A stretch of 64,000 bases of DNA from Minisyncoccota bacterium. Lineage in GTDB: Bacteria > Patescibacteriota > Minisyncoccia > Phycocordibacterales > UBA9973. This document shows positions 55,514 through 64,000 of this stretch, one piece after another; position 1 is the first letter of the stretch, and the number at the start of each line of letters is the position of its first letter. The position numbers and the translations under genes are program-made. Location: assembly GCA_041650615.1 (NCBI GenBank), contig JBAZKU010000001.1:185216-249215 (forward strand), read 5' to 3'. The notes under the pieces are model-generated. The model saw only the letters and a program-made list of their open reading frames with translations. It was not told the DNA's origin and ran no database searches.

Positions 55514-56971
55514 TTATTCATCTATTATCTCAAAATCGCTTCCTGGTATACTTGAAACAGATTTTCTATTGCGATTGCGGATAAAATAGGTTGCGCTTGC
55601 ACTAATTCCAAGAAAAGCAAATAAGCCGAAAATTCCGTATATAAAATTATCTTTCGCATTGGAAATATTCTCTTCACTCTTTACAGCTACTGCTCCTAAA
55701 TTTTCAGAAGAAACTTGCGGAGTTTCTTTGGGTGTTTCTATTGTTGGTTTAGCCACTGCAATGTTTTTATTGGTATTTGACTCCGATATTTTTGATGTAG
55801 GGGGTAAATAATTAAAGATAATTTCCCCTTGCGGATTTAGTAATTTTAAAGCGTTTTTATCAAAAACAGAAAAACCGGTAATTTTAGACGATAAAATGAT
55901 TTTCTTTTTTGGCCCTAAAATTGTGTTATTAGGTAAAGTAAAAATTTTTCCATTTCCCGCAAGAATCCATTTTGAAAGATCGGCATCATATGAAGTATTA
56001 TTTAAAATTTCCACAAAGAAATCTTTTTCATCCCCGACGCTGGATATTGAAATATCCGCCTTTATCACTTTAATAATTATCTTGTCGGACGCGTCAGGAT
56101 TTAGAGAATTATTATTTTGAAAATATTCCAAGGCGACAGTATATTCTCCTTCATAGAGAAAGATATGCGTGAGTTTTGTCGGATTATTGACTCCTGTTTC
56201 TTTTGAATCACCATCTCCAAAATTCCAGAAATATTTGCCATAAGAAAGCGGTTCGTTAGAATATCCGGTAGCAGTGGCACTAAACTCTATCGGTATTCCC
56301 ATAAAAGAAAACGTTTTGGTGGAAATTTTTGTTTTAATTTTTGAAGTTTCAGTAGTCTTTGTTTTTGCAGTTATTGTTGAATCTGAGGAATCGGCATTTC
56401 CGGCCACATAATTATCGCTTGATGTTGCGCTGTCATCAGTTGTATTATTATCGGTACTATTTGTTTGCGAAATTTGATTTTCCGCTTTTGGCGTAGGAGA
56501 AGAAACAGTCCAACTGCTTCCTATCTTTTGAATACTTTCCCCAACAATTGGATTAGGCGCGCAAGTTCCATCACAATCACTGGCACTTCCCCAACCAATT
56601 TTATCAACTATTTCTTGATCTGAATTCTTTAATTGAATTGTATTTGATTCGGTAAGGGTTAAATTATCCAAAATAATATCGGCATTATCCATTGCACTTT
56701 TTGAAATTAAAAAATAGCTATTAGCATTTATTGTCTTACTTTCAAAATGAGTTTTTGAAACGAGAGAACCAAAACTACTACCTGTCTGAGTTTTTCTTTG
56801 AATATACCAATTAGTTAAATCAACTACTGAATCACCTGAATTATAAAGTTCAATAAATCTTTCTTCTGTGGGATTTAATTGAACCTCATTAATTATCACA
56901 CTTGCTTGGGCAATAGTGCACCCAAAAAACAAAAAAATTCCTGTCAAAATAGGGATTATCTTCCTAGGCAT
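55514..56971 (-). CDS. secreted lamin-tail-domain (LTD) protein with C-terminal membrane anchor
   Basis: Signal peptide; VIINEVQLNP..FIELYN LTD signature (a second LTD near FVEILNNTSY); Ser/Thr-rich linker; C-terminal TM helix. Confidence 0.6.
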   Translation of the reverse strand: MPRKIIPILTGIFLFFGCTIAQASVIINEVQLNPTEERFIELYNSGDSVVDLTNWYIQRKTQTGSSFGSLVSKTHFESKTINANSYFLISKSAMDNADIILDNLTLTESNTIQLKNSDQEIVDKIGWGSASDCDGTCAPNPIVGESIQKIGSSWTVSSPTPKAENQISQTNSTDNNTTDDSATSSDNYVAGNADSSDSTITAKTKTTETSKIKTKISTKTFSFMGIPIEFSATATGYSNEPLSYGKYFWNFGDGDSKETGVNNPTKLTHIFLYEGEYTVALEYFQNNNSLNPDASDKIIIKVIKADISISSVGDEKDFFVEILNNTSYDADLSKWILAGNGKIFTLPNNTILGPKKKIILSSKITGFSVFDKNALKLLNPQGEIIFNYLPPTSKISESNTNKNIAVAKPTIETPKETPQVSSENLGAVAVKSEENISNAKDNFIYGIFGLFAFLGISASATYFIRNRNRKSVSSIPGSDFEIIDE

Positions 56972-57012
56972 AGTTTATTTAAATTATTTTTATAATATGA
57001 TATGATTATAGC

Positions 57013-58014
57013 ATGAAAAAAATAGATTTTCTTGCTATTGGGGATATTGTGGTAGACGCATTTATAAAAATAAAAGACGCGCATGTAAATTGCAAATTGG
57101 ACACAAATGCCTGCGAACTCTGTTTTCGTTTTAGAGATAAAGTGCCTTATGAATCGGTAAATGTAATTCCGGCTGTCGGCAATAGCGCAAATGCCGCAGT
57201 TTGCGCTGCTAGGCTCGGGCTGAATACGGCTTTTATGACAAATATGGGCGATGATCAGAATGGAAAAGACTGCTTGGCAGTATTGGAAAAAGAAAAAATT
57301 GACACAACGTTTGTAAAAATAGAAAAAAATAAAAGTACGAATTACCACTATGTCCTTTGGTATGATATTGACCGCACTATTTTGGTAAAACATCAAGAAT
57401 ATGAACGCGAATGGCCAGACACTAAAGAAGCCAACACTCCAGCTTGGATTTATTTAACTTCTTTAGGAGAAGATTCCCTGCCTTTTCATAATGAGATATC
57501 AAATTATTTAAAAAAACATCTGGAAGTAAAATTAGCTTTTCAACCGGGCACTTATCAAATGAAATTTGGCACCGAAAATTTAAAAGATATTTATGCGTGT
57601 ACGGAAATCTTCTTTTGCAATCTTGAGGAGGCTGAAAGAATCTTGAAAATTGAAAATAAAGATGTTTTAACACTATCAAAAGGCATTGCGGCTTTGGGCC
57701 CCAAAATGGTTGTAATAAGTGACGGACCGAAAGGCGCTTATTTTTATAAAGATGGAGAATTATGGCATAATCCCATTTATCCGGATATTGCTCCACCCAC
57801 AGACCGCACCGGAGCCGGAGATGCTTTTTCTTCCACTTTTACCGCAGCTTTGGCTTTAGGAAAATCACCCCTTGAGGCATTTTCTTGGGGACCGATAAAT
57901 TCAATGTCCGTAATCCAATATGTCGGAGCGCGAGAAGGATTGCTAAATCGTGAAAAATTGGAAGAGTATTTAAGGACCGCCCCGGAAAGTTATAAGGTTA
58001 AAAAAATAAGCTAA
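57013..58014 (+). CDS. PfkB-family carbohydrate kinase
   Basis: Ribokinase-like fold with the C-terminal DRTGAGDAF motif. Confidence 0.8.
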   Translation: MKKIDFLAIGDIVVDAFIKIKDAHVNCKLDTNACELCFRFRDKVPYESVNVIPAVGNSANAAVCAARLGLNTAFMTNMGDDQNGKDCLAVLEKEKIDTTFVKIEKNKSTNYHYVLWYDIDRTILVKHQEYEREWPDTKEANTPAWIYLTSLGEDSLPFHNEISNYLKKHLEVKLAFQPGTYQMKFGTENLKDIYACTEIFFCNLEEAERILKIENKDVLTLSKGIAALGPKMVVISDGPKGAYFYKDGELWHNPIYPDIAPPTDRTGAGDAFSSTFTAALALGKSPLEAFSWGPINSMSVIQYVGAREGLLNREKLEEYLRTAPESYKVKKIS

Positions 58015-58018
58015 TTTT

Positions 58019-58249
58019 ATGCAAGAAGCATTACCCAAAACAGAAGAAGAAAAAATTATAGGCGAATTATTAAAGAAAAGTTCTGAACTTTATCTTGAGA
58101 CAAAAGAGCTTGAAAAAAAATTAAATAAAACAAACAGCGAAGAAACTAAAACGCTTATTAAAGAAGAAATTTTCAAATTAACAAAAGAAAAAAATAAAAT
58201 AAATATTCAAATCGGAAAAATACAATCTGACTTAAGAAATAAAAATTAA
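58019..58249 (+). CDS. small coiled-coil protein (76 aa)
   Basis: Charged heptad-repeat sequence; co-oriented with the kinase gene. Confidence 0.35.
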   Translation: MQEALPKTEEEKIIGELLKKSSELYLETKELEKKLNKTNSEETKTLIKEEIFKLTKEKNKINIQIGKIQSDLRNKN

Positions 58250-59250
58250 CCGGTAATTTTTCTTTTTAATATTTTCTCCACTGCCAGTATAATATCGGAT
58301 ACTTCCATTTTATAATGTTTTATCAATTCATTTGACGTACCTGATTGACCAAAATTATTATGAACACCGATAAATTCCATAGATACGGGATAATTTTGCG
58401 CTAAAACTTCGGCAACCGCAGAGCCCATTCCTCCGGCTATTTGATGGTCTTCTACAGTTATAATTGCCTTAGTTTCTTTCGCCAGACTTATTATTGCTTC
58501 TTTATCTATCGGATTTATGGAAGATAAATTCATCACTTTAGCTTTTATTCCCTTGGCTTCTAATTCTTTGGCTGCAAGCATTGCACGATAAATAAGATTG
58601 CCTGTGACTATAATTCCTACTTGCGCCAGTCCCGTATCTGGTAGCCAATAAATCTGCGCCTTGCCTATTTCAAAAGGAGTTTCTTCCGTAGTGATAATCG
58701 GCGTTTTTTCGCGAGCTAAACGCAAATATGCCGGCTTGCCTGTTTTAACCAAAGCAAGAGTCGCCTTTTTTGCCTCCCCCGCGTCACAAGGGGAAATAAC
58801 ATCCATATTAGGAAGCACTCTCATTAAAGCAATATCTTCAAGCGCTTGATGACTTCCACCATCTTCTCCTACTGAAATACCTGTGTGCGAACCCACTATT
58901 TTGACGGGCCTATTGTTGTAAGCTATGGTCGTTCTTATTTGTTCCCAATTTCTGCCCGGAGAAAAAATGGCAAAAGAAGCGCAGAAAGGAATTTTACCCA
59001 TCGCTGCCATTCCTGAAGCGACGGTAACCAAATTTTGTTCAGCTACTCCCATTTCTATAAATCTTTTCGGAAATTTTTCGGCAAATAAATTCATTTGTGT
59101 TGATTCTGTCAAATCCGCGCAAAGTCCAATAACATTTTTTTCATTCTCGCCTGCCAGCACCAATCCTTGCCCAAAACCCTTTCGGATCGGTTCCTGTTCA
59201 CAATCTGAATTAAATATTTTTGGATTTAATTTTAATTTTGGATTTAACAT
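58246..59250 (-). CDS. transketolase, C-terminal subunit (split form)
   Basis: Pyrimidine-binding and C-terminal domains (EMGVAEQN..). Confidence 0.85.
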   Translation of the reverse strand: MLNPKLKLNPKIFNSDCEQEPIRKGFGQGLVLAGENEKNVIGLCADLTESTQMNLFAEKFPKRFIEMGVAEQNLVTVASGMAAMGKIPFCASFAIFSPGRNWEQIRTTIAYNNRPVKIVGSHTGISVGEDGGSHQALEDIALMRVLPNMDVISPCDAGEAKKATLALVKTGKPAYLRLAREKTPIITTEETPFEIGKAQIYWLPDTGLAQVGIIVTGNLIYRAMLAAKELEAKGIKAKVMNLSSINPIDKEAIISLAKETKAIITVEDHQIAGGMGSAVAEVLAQNYPVSMEFIGVHNNFGQSGTSNELIKHYKMEVSDIILAVEKILKRKITG

Positions 59251-59255
59251 AAAAT

Positions 59256-60104
59256 TTAAACCAGTCTATGATTTTGTAATTCTTTTAAAGCCATCTCGCC
59301 TTCTTCTTTATTTGGTGTTTTACCATGCCATTTGTAATCTCTTTCAAATTCTTTTACTCCTTTACCGGGAATTGTATGCGCAATAATAACCACTGGTTTT
59401 TCAGACACTTTTTGCGCTTCTTCTATCGCTTTATCCAGGGCTCGAAAATCATGCCCTCCCACTTCTATCACCTGCCAATTAAAAACTCGCCATTTATCTG
59501 CTAAAGGTTCAAGCGGCATAATGTGTTCAGTATTCCCATCTATTTGAATATTATTTCTGTCCACGATGGCAATTAAATTTTGTAATTTATTTTTCCCGGC
59601 AAGCATTATCGCTTCCCAAGTATTTCCTTCGTCTAATTCTCCATCGGACATAAAACAATAGATAAATCTATCTTCGTTTTTTTCATCCATTTTGTCTGCT
59701 AACGCCATTCCTATTGCTTGGGAAAGTCCGGAACCCAACGGCCCGGAAGAAGTTTCAATGAACGGTAAATATTCTCTATGGGGGTGTCCTTGTAATCTTG
59801 ACCCAAACTTGCGCAAGGTTTTTAATTCTTCAATTGGAAAATATCCGCTGTGCGCCATAGCCGCATATAACACCGGACAAATATGCCCATTGGAAAGGAC
59901 CAATCTGTCCCTTTCTGCCCAAAGTGGATCTTTTGGATTATGTTTTAAAATGTGAAAATAAAAAAGCGTAAAAATATCAGCCATACCAAGCGGTCCTGCT
60001 GTATGTCCGCTTTTTGCTTCCACCAGCATTTCAATAATACTCTGACGAATATCATTTGCTTTCTGTTCTAACTCTAAAATTTTTTGTTCACTTAATAAAG
60101 ACAT
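59256..60104 (-). CDS. transketolase, N-terminal (TPP-binding) subunit (split form)
   Basis: TPP-binding GHxG.. and GDGE motifs. Start trimmed to MSLLSEQK; the longer ORF to 60173 would translate the palindrome at 60127..60156. Confidence 0.8.
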   Translation of the reverse strand: MSLLSEQKILELEQKANDIRQSIIEMLVEAKSGHTAGPLGMADIFTLFYFHILKHNPKDPLWAERDRLVLSNGHICPVLYAAMAHSGYFPIEELKTLRKFGSRLQGHPHREYLPFIETSSGPLGSGLSQAIGMALADKMDEKNEDRFIYCFMSDGELDEGNTWEAIMLAGKNKLQNLIAIVDRNNIQIDGNTEHIMPLEPLADKWRVFNWQVIEVGGHDFRALDKAIEEAQKVSEKPVVIIAHTIPGKGVKEFERDYKWHGKTPNKEEGEMALKELQNHRLV

Positions 60105-60126
60105 CCTTTTTTTTCTTTGATTCTTG

Positions 60127-60156
60127 CCCCGTAGGAAGCTTGGCTTTCCTTCGGGG
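60127..60156. repeat. 30-nt imperfect palindrome ccccgtaggaagcttggctttccttcgggg (copy 2), just upstream of the tkt N-subunit start
   Basis: Near-identical to 8734..8762 in obg. Confidence 0.75.
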
Positions 60157-60174
60157 TTAGAATCAGTCAACATA

Positions 60175-60879
60175 TTATAGATTCCTAAATTCTTCTATTG
60201 TTCCAATTATATCATCAGTATTAAAAATCGCTGAACCAATAATGAGTTTTGTCGCACCTGTTTTAATCAAAAGAGGGGCGGTTTCAAAATTTACTCCTCC
60301 GTCAATTGATATTGTAAGGTCTCCAAATTTTTCTTTCAGTGTTTTTACATTTTCCAAAACTTTTTTATCAAATTCTTGCCCTTGAAAGCCAACCTTATCT
60401 ATGCCCATTAATTGCACAAAATCAACATCATTAATCAAGGGGGAAATTTGCTCCAGGGATGTTTTTATATTTAAAGATATGCCTATTTCTATCATCTCTC
60501 TGATATATACATCTATCCCTTCCAAGAAATTTTTGAATTCTTTTAAATCACCCACAGCTTCAATGTGAAAAATAATCTTCTTGGCTCCCAGCTTGGTGTA
60601 AATATCAAAATTTTCTATTGCATCCGCGACCATCAGGTCCAGTTCAAAATCAACATCTTCCCAAAAAGGCATCCCCTCTTCTTCGTTTAAAATCTTTCTA
60701 AAATGTTCTTCCAAAAAAGGTTTACCCTGATTAAAATCAAATGGCCAAGTTTTAGAAGGCACAAAAATCCCGTCGCAAATATCTATCTGCACAATAGGAG
60801 CTATTCCGCGAACAAGCGCGATTTTATTTTTTAAATCCTCGTAGTTTTTCGGCAATATTGCTGGAATTATTTCAGCCAT
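60175..60879 (-). CDS. rpe: ribulose-phosphate 3-epimerase
   Basis: TIM-barrel with IQIDICDG, H-x-H and ISIDGG motifs. Confidence 0.85.
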   Translation of the reverse strand: MAEIIPAILPKNYEDLKNKIALVRGIAPIVQIDICDGIFVPSKTWPFDFNQGKPFLEEHFRKILNEEEGMPFWEDVDFELDLMVADAIENFDIYTKLGAKKIIFHIEAVGDLKEFKNFLEGIDVYIREMIEIGISLNIKTSLEQISPLINDVDFVQLMGIDKVGFQGQEFDKKVLENVKTLKEKFGDLTISIDGGVNFETAPLLIKTGATKLIIGSAIFNTDDIIGTIEEFRNL

Positions 60880-60956
60880 CCCATTAAAAAATTAAACTAA
60901 TAAAAAACTTCTCCAGAATATCTAACCCCGCTGATTTTTTAACGGGACAAGTATTT

Positions 60957-61433
60957 TTAGTCTATTTTGATTGCATCTATTTTCCCTAAACGGCGAATAT
61001 GCCTTTCTGCTCCGCTAAAAAGAGTATTAAGCCAAAGGTTGACGGCTTCCATCATTTTTTCTTCTGTTAAATATCTGGCGCCAAGAGAAAGAATATTTGT
61101 ATTGTTATGTTGCCTTGACCTGACTATAACATCTGCTTCGTCATCTACCACACTTTGTGATTGTCCATAATAAGCAACTGCTCTGACGTGAGGAAATTTA
61201 TTTGCCGCTATTGCTTCTCCTTCCCCTGTCGCCCCTAAAATAATCCCTTTAACATTATTTGGGTCTTTTGAAACTTCACGAGCAACGGGAACAACAAAGT
61301 CCGGATAGTCATCTCCTTCGTCATATTTAAAAGCACCTTTGTCTACGACTTCATATCCTTGAGCTTTTAAAGAAGACACAAGTTTTTCTTTTAATACATA
61401 ACCGGCATGGTCCGTACCAATAAAAATTTTCAT
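60957..61433 (-). CDS. rpiB: ribose-5-phosphate isomerase B
   Basis: MKIFIGTDHAGY.. LacAB/RpiB fold. Confidence 0.85.
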   Translation of the reverse strand: MKIFIGTDHAGYVLKEKLVSSLKAQGYEVVDKGAFKYDEGDDYPDFVVPVAREVSKDPNNVKGIILGATGEGEAIAANKFPHVRAVAYYGQSQSVVDDEADVIVRSRQHNNTNILSLGARYLTEEKMMEAVNLWLNTLFSGAERHIRRLGKIDAIKID

Positions 61434-61437
61434 AATA

Positions 61438-62529
61438 TTAAATAGTTCCTCCTGTTTTTATAACATGCTCGACCAATGTATAGGCATACCCCATTTCATT
61501 ATCATACCAACCCAATACTTTTACCAAATTGCCATCAACTACGCGGGTCATTTCCAAGTCGGCAATGGATGCATGCGATTCCCCTAAAATATCAGAAGAA
61601 ACCAATGGTTCCTTGGTAACAGCAAATACTTTTTCCCAACGCTTGTCTTTTGACGCTTTTTCTAAAATCGCATTAACTTCTTCTTTGGTGGTATTTTTCT
61701 TTGAAATAAAAGTGACATCTACAATTGACCCAGCTACTACCGGCACGCGAACAGAAATACCATCAAATAATCCTTTTAATTCCGGAAAAGCCTCCGTCAC
61801 AGCGATAGCTGCACCGGTTGAACTTGGAACTATGTTTTGCGCAGCCGCGCGTCCCTCGCGCAAATCCTTTTTACTTGGCCCGTCCACAAGCGCTTGAGAA
61901 GCTGTATATCCATGAACTGTATTTAAAATCGCTTTTTCTATCCCCAAAGCTTCATGTAAAATTGCAATTAGAGGGCTTGCGGCATTGGTGGTACAAGATG
62001 CATTAGAAGTAATATCGCAAGTACCGAATTTATTTTCATTAATTCCCAACAATATTGTTTCTCCTTTTACACTTCCCTCATTTCCCCCGCCTAGACTCGC
62101 GCTAGTCGAGGCTGGTTTAGAAGGCGCAGAGATCACAACTTTTTTTGCACCTTGTTCAATATGAAATTTTGCCTTGTCATAAGAAGTAAACAGTCCGGTT
62201 GATTCAACCACCACATCAATATTCAAATCTTTCCAAGGAAGTTTCGTGGTGTCTTTTTCAGAAATGAATTTAATCTTTTTTCCGTCAATTATCAAATCAG
62301 CGCCGGAAACTTCTACGGAATGATTCCAATTTCGGTAAACAGTATCATGACGCAATAAGTAAGCTAAACTTTCTATGGAACCTAAATCATTTACTGCCAC
62401 TATCTCAAGCTCGGGTTTTTCCCAGGCTACTTTTAAAAATGCCCTGCCTATCCTGCCAAAACCATTAATAGATATTTTGATCTTTTTCATAATAATATTA
62501 TAGCACATAATATATGTCCAAAAAGGCAA
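61438..62529 (-). CDS. gap: glyceraldehyde-3-phosphate dehydrogenase with an ~18-aa in-frame insertion
   Basis: NGFGRIGR Rossmann motif and catalytic SNASCTTN. The insertion PASTSASLGGGNEGSVKG before the conserved block is encoded by the repeat at 62086..62130. Confidence 0.9.
   Translation of the reverse strand: MPFWTYIMCYNIIMKKIKISINGFGRIGRAFLKVAWEKPELEIVAVNDLGSIESLAYLLRHDTVYRNWNHSVEVSGADLIIDGKKIKFISEKDTTKLPWKDLNIDVVVESTGLFTSYDKAKFHIEQGAKKVVISAPSKPASTSASLGGGNEGSVKGETILLGINENKFGTCDITSNASCTTNAASPLIAILHEALGIEKAILNTVHGYTASQALVDGPSKKDLREGRAAAQNIVPSSTGAAIAVTEAFPELKGLFDGISVRVPVVAGSIVDVTFISKKNTTKEEVNAILEKASKDKRWEKVFAVTKEPLVSSDILGESHASIADLEMTRVVDGNLVKVLGWYDNEMGYAYTLVEHVIKTGGTI
62086..62130. repeat. 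GC-rich repeat, family cccgcctWgact.., in frame in gap
   Basis: cccgcctagactcgcgctagtcgaggctggt matches 312..342 (in the atpB tail) at 28 of 31 positions. Confidence 0.8.
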
Positions 62530-62538
62530 AGAATCAAA

Positions 62539-62615
62539 TTTTTGCCGGTACGGATTTTTTGAAGCTTAAAAAATCCTGAAATTGGCTCGCCGTCGCTCGC
62601 CAAACCCCTTAAAAA
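62539..62615. repeat. ~77-nt intergenic element, copy 2 (hairpin plus GGCTCGCC direct repeats), between gap and dnaE
   Basis: About 97% identical to 1697..1772. Followed on the minus strand by TGTGCTATAAT 6 nt before the gap ATG. Confidence 0.8.
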
Positions 62616-62650
62616 TTTATTCTTTGCCTTTTTATGTTAATATAGTAAAA

Positions 62651-64000
62651 ATGGAAAAAACAGAAACAAGCTTTATACATCTGCATACACACAGCCATTA
62701 TTCCCTATTGGACGGGCTTTCCAAGCTTAAGGACTTGGTTGAATTAGCTAAAAAAAATAAAATGCCTGCCTTGGCCATTACTGACCATGGCAATATGTAC
62801 GGAGCTATTGAATTTTATAAACTAGCCAAAAAAGAGGGTATAAAACCCATCATTGGAGTGGAGGCGTATATTGCGGAGAGGTCCCGTCTGGATAAGGAAT
62901 ATGGCATAGATAATAAACGCTACCACCTTACCCTCTTGGCAAAAAATTTAGAAGGATATAAAAATTTAATAAGACTTGTAACGATCTCCAATATGGATGG
63001 ATATTATTACAAACCTAGAATGGATAGAGAAATACTGCGAAAGTATTCCGGAGGGATTGTTGCCCTTTCCGGCTGTTTGGGCGGAGAACTCCCGCGTGCC
63101 ATCGCAAATAAAGATAATGAAAAAGCCGAAAAAATAATAAAAGAATATTTGGATATTTTCGGCAAAGAAAATTATTTCATAGAAATTCAATGTCATCCGC
63201 ATGTGGAAAATGACAAATATGTGCGCGAATCATTGATTAAACTTGCAAAAAAAAATAATATTCAAATTGTGGCAACCCAAGATTCTCATTATCCATGCAG
63301 TGAAGACCGCGAAGCGCACCACACTTTACTCCAAATAAATACAGCCAGTGATGTTAAAGAAGGGTCAAAATTTGAGTTTTCAGATGATGATTTTTCTTTT
63401 CTGAGCACTGAAAAAGCAATGGAAATTTTTGAAGATATCCCGGAAGCTGTCACCAATACGGGGAAAATTGCGGAAATGTGCAATCTTAAACTGGAATTGG
63501 GAAGCTGGGTTTTCCCGGATTTTAAAATTGAAGAAGGAAAAACTTATGATGAAAAATTGCGCGAACTCACTTATGCTGGTTTCAAAAATCTGGGATTGGA
63601 AAAGACGCCAGAAATTATAAAAAGAGTGGAATATGAGCTAGAAATTATTTTTAAAAAGGGTTATTCTCCGTATTTTTTGGTAGTCGGCGATTTACTCCAT
63701 TATGCTAGGGAAAATGGAATATTAACCACCATTAGAGGCTCGGTCGCAGGTTCAATGGCAACTTACCTTCTCGGTATTACCAATGTAAATCCTATAGAAT
63801 ACAAACTTCCCTTTGAAAGATTCTTGAATCCATTCCGCCCGTCGCCTCCGGATATTGATATGGATTACGCCGACAATAGACGGGATGAAATGATAGAGTA
63901 TGCCAAGAAAAAATATGGAGAAGATAAAGTAGCGCAGATTGGAACTTTCGGCACTATGATGGCGCGGGGTGCAGTGCGCGATGTTGCTCGCGCCTTGGGT
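62651..64000 (+). CDS. dnaE: DNA polymerase III alpha subunit, N-terminal part (PHP domain), truncated by the window edge
   Basis: SFIHLHTHSHYSLLDG PHP motif, then the polymerase core. The ORF runs to the window edge. Confidence 0.85.
   Translation, partial: MEKTETSFIHLHTHSHYSLLDGLSKLKDLVELAKKNKMPALAITDHGNMYGAIEFYKLAKKEGIKPIIGVEAYIAERSRLDKEYGIDNKRYHLTLLAKNLEGYKNLIRLVTISNMDGYYYKPRMDREILRKYSGGIVALSGCLGGELPRAIANKDNEKAEKIIKEYLDIFGKENYFIEIQCHPHVENDKYVRESLIKLAKKNNIQIVATQDSHYPCSEDREAHHTLLQINTASDVKEGSKFEFSDDDFSFLSTEKAMEIFEDIPEAVTNTGKIAEMCNLKLELGSWVFPDFKIEEGKTYDEKLRELTYAGFKNLGLEKTPEIIKRVEYELEIIFKKGYSPYFLVVGDLLHYARENGILTTIRGSVAGSMATYLLGITNVNPIEYKLPFERFLNPFRPSPPDIDMDYADNRRDEMIEYAKKKYGEDKVAQIGTFGTMMARGAVRDVARALG

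Noticed and set aside
60105-60173. Longer transketolase N-terminus (MLTDSNPEGKPSFLRGKNQRKKR..)
   Set aside because: The extension is encoded by the palindromic repeat and is absent from transketolases. The start at the MSLLSEQ Met (60104) is preferred, but the longer form cannot be excluded.

Overview
This is a low-GC, AT-rich bacterial chromosomal window made up mostly of housekeeping genes. The gene content suggests a reduced-genome, CPR/Patescibacteria-like organism, but that is inference only: a lamin-tail-domain (LTD) protein, a split transketolase, glycolysis and non-oxidative pentose-phosphate genes with no TCA genes, and many small membrane peptides.

Genes present, by strand. On the minus strand:
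- atpE, atpB and an atpI/atpZ-like gene downstream of tRNA-Ile
- prfA, rpmE, rplY, fba, gatB, obg
- a cell-division cluster: murF, ftsI, ftsL-like, rsmH, mraZ
- lysS, greA
- ppsA, eno, a glycerate kinase, ldh
- lepA, murJ, leuS, ychF
- tktB/tktA halves, rpe, rpiB, gap

On the plus strand:
- a DnaQ-like exonuclease followed by rmuC
- rpsU-like, ybeY, ftsA, ftsZ, trxB
- tsaD, valS, a PrsW-like protease, hsp20, pyrF
- a PfkB kinase, and a partial dnaE at the 3' edge

There are eight tRNAs: Ile-GAT, Glu-CTC, Glu-TTC, Ser-CGA, Val-GAC, Phe-GAA, Arg-CCT and Gly-CCC. There are several textbook TTGACA-N16/17-TATAcT promoters and several intrinsic terminators.

The most unusual content is not a gene cassette. 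It is a dense population of short GC-rich, palindromic or TIR-bounded repeat elements, forming at least five sequence families. Many of them sit in frame inside essential genes: rplY, gatB, obg, murF, leuS (twice), tsaD, an rRNA methyltransferase, gap, atpB and murJ. The rest sit exactly between a stop codon and the next start codon. This resembles Rickettsia palindromic elements.

Two of the families show a conserved core flanked by inverted repeats whose sequence differs completely from copy to copy.

Other notable items:
- truncated tRNA gene copies next to three intact tRNAs
- tRNA 3' ends, or -10 boxes, abutting ATG codons, implying leaderless mRNAs
- a ~77-nt shared element (GGCGAGC direct repeats plus a hairpin) upstream of both the atp and gap transcription units
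- small, strongly promoted ORF units, including one encoding a Cys-rich peptide with PTPETP repeats

No CRISPR array, rRNA, integrase or transposase gene is visible.
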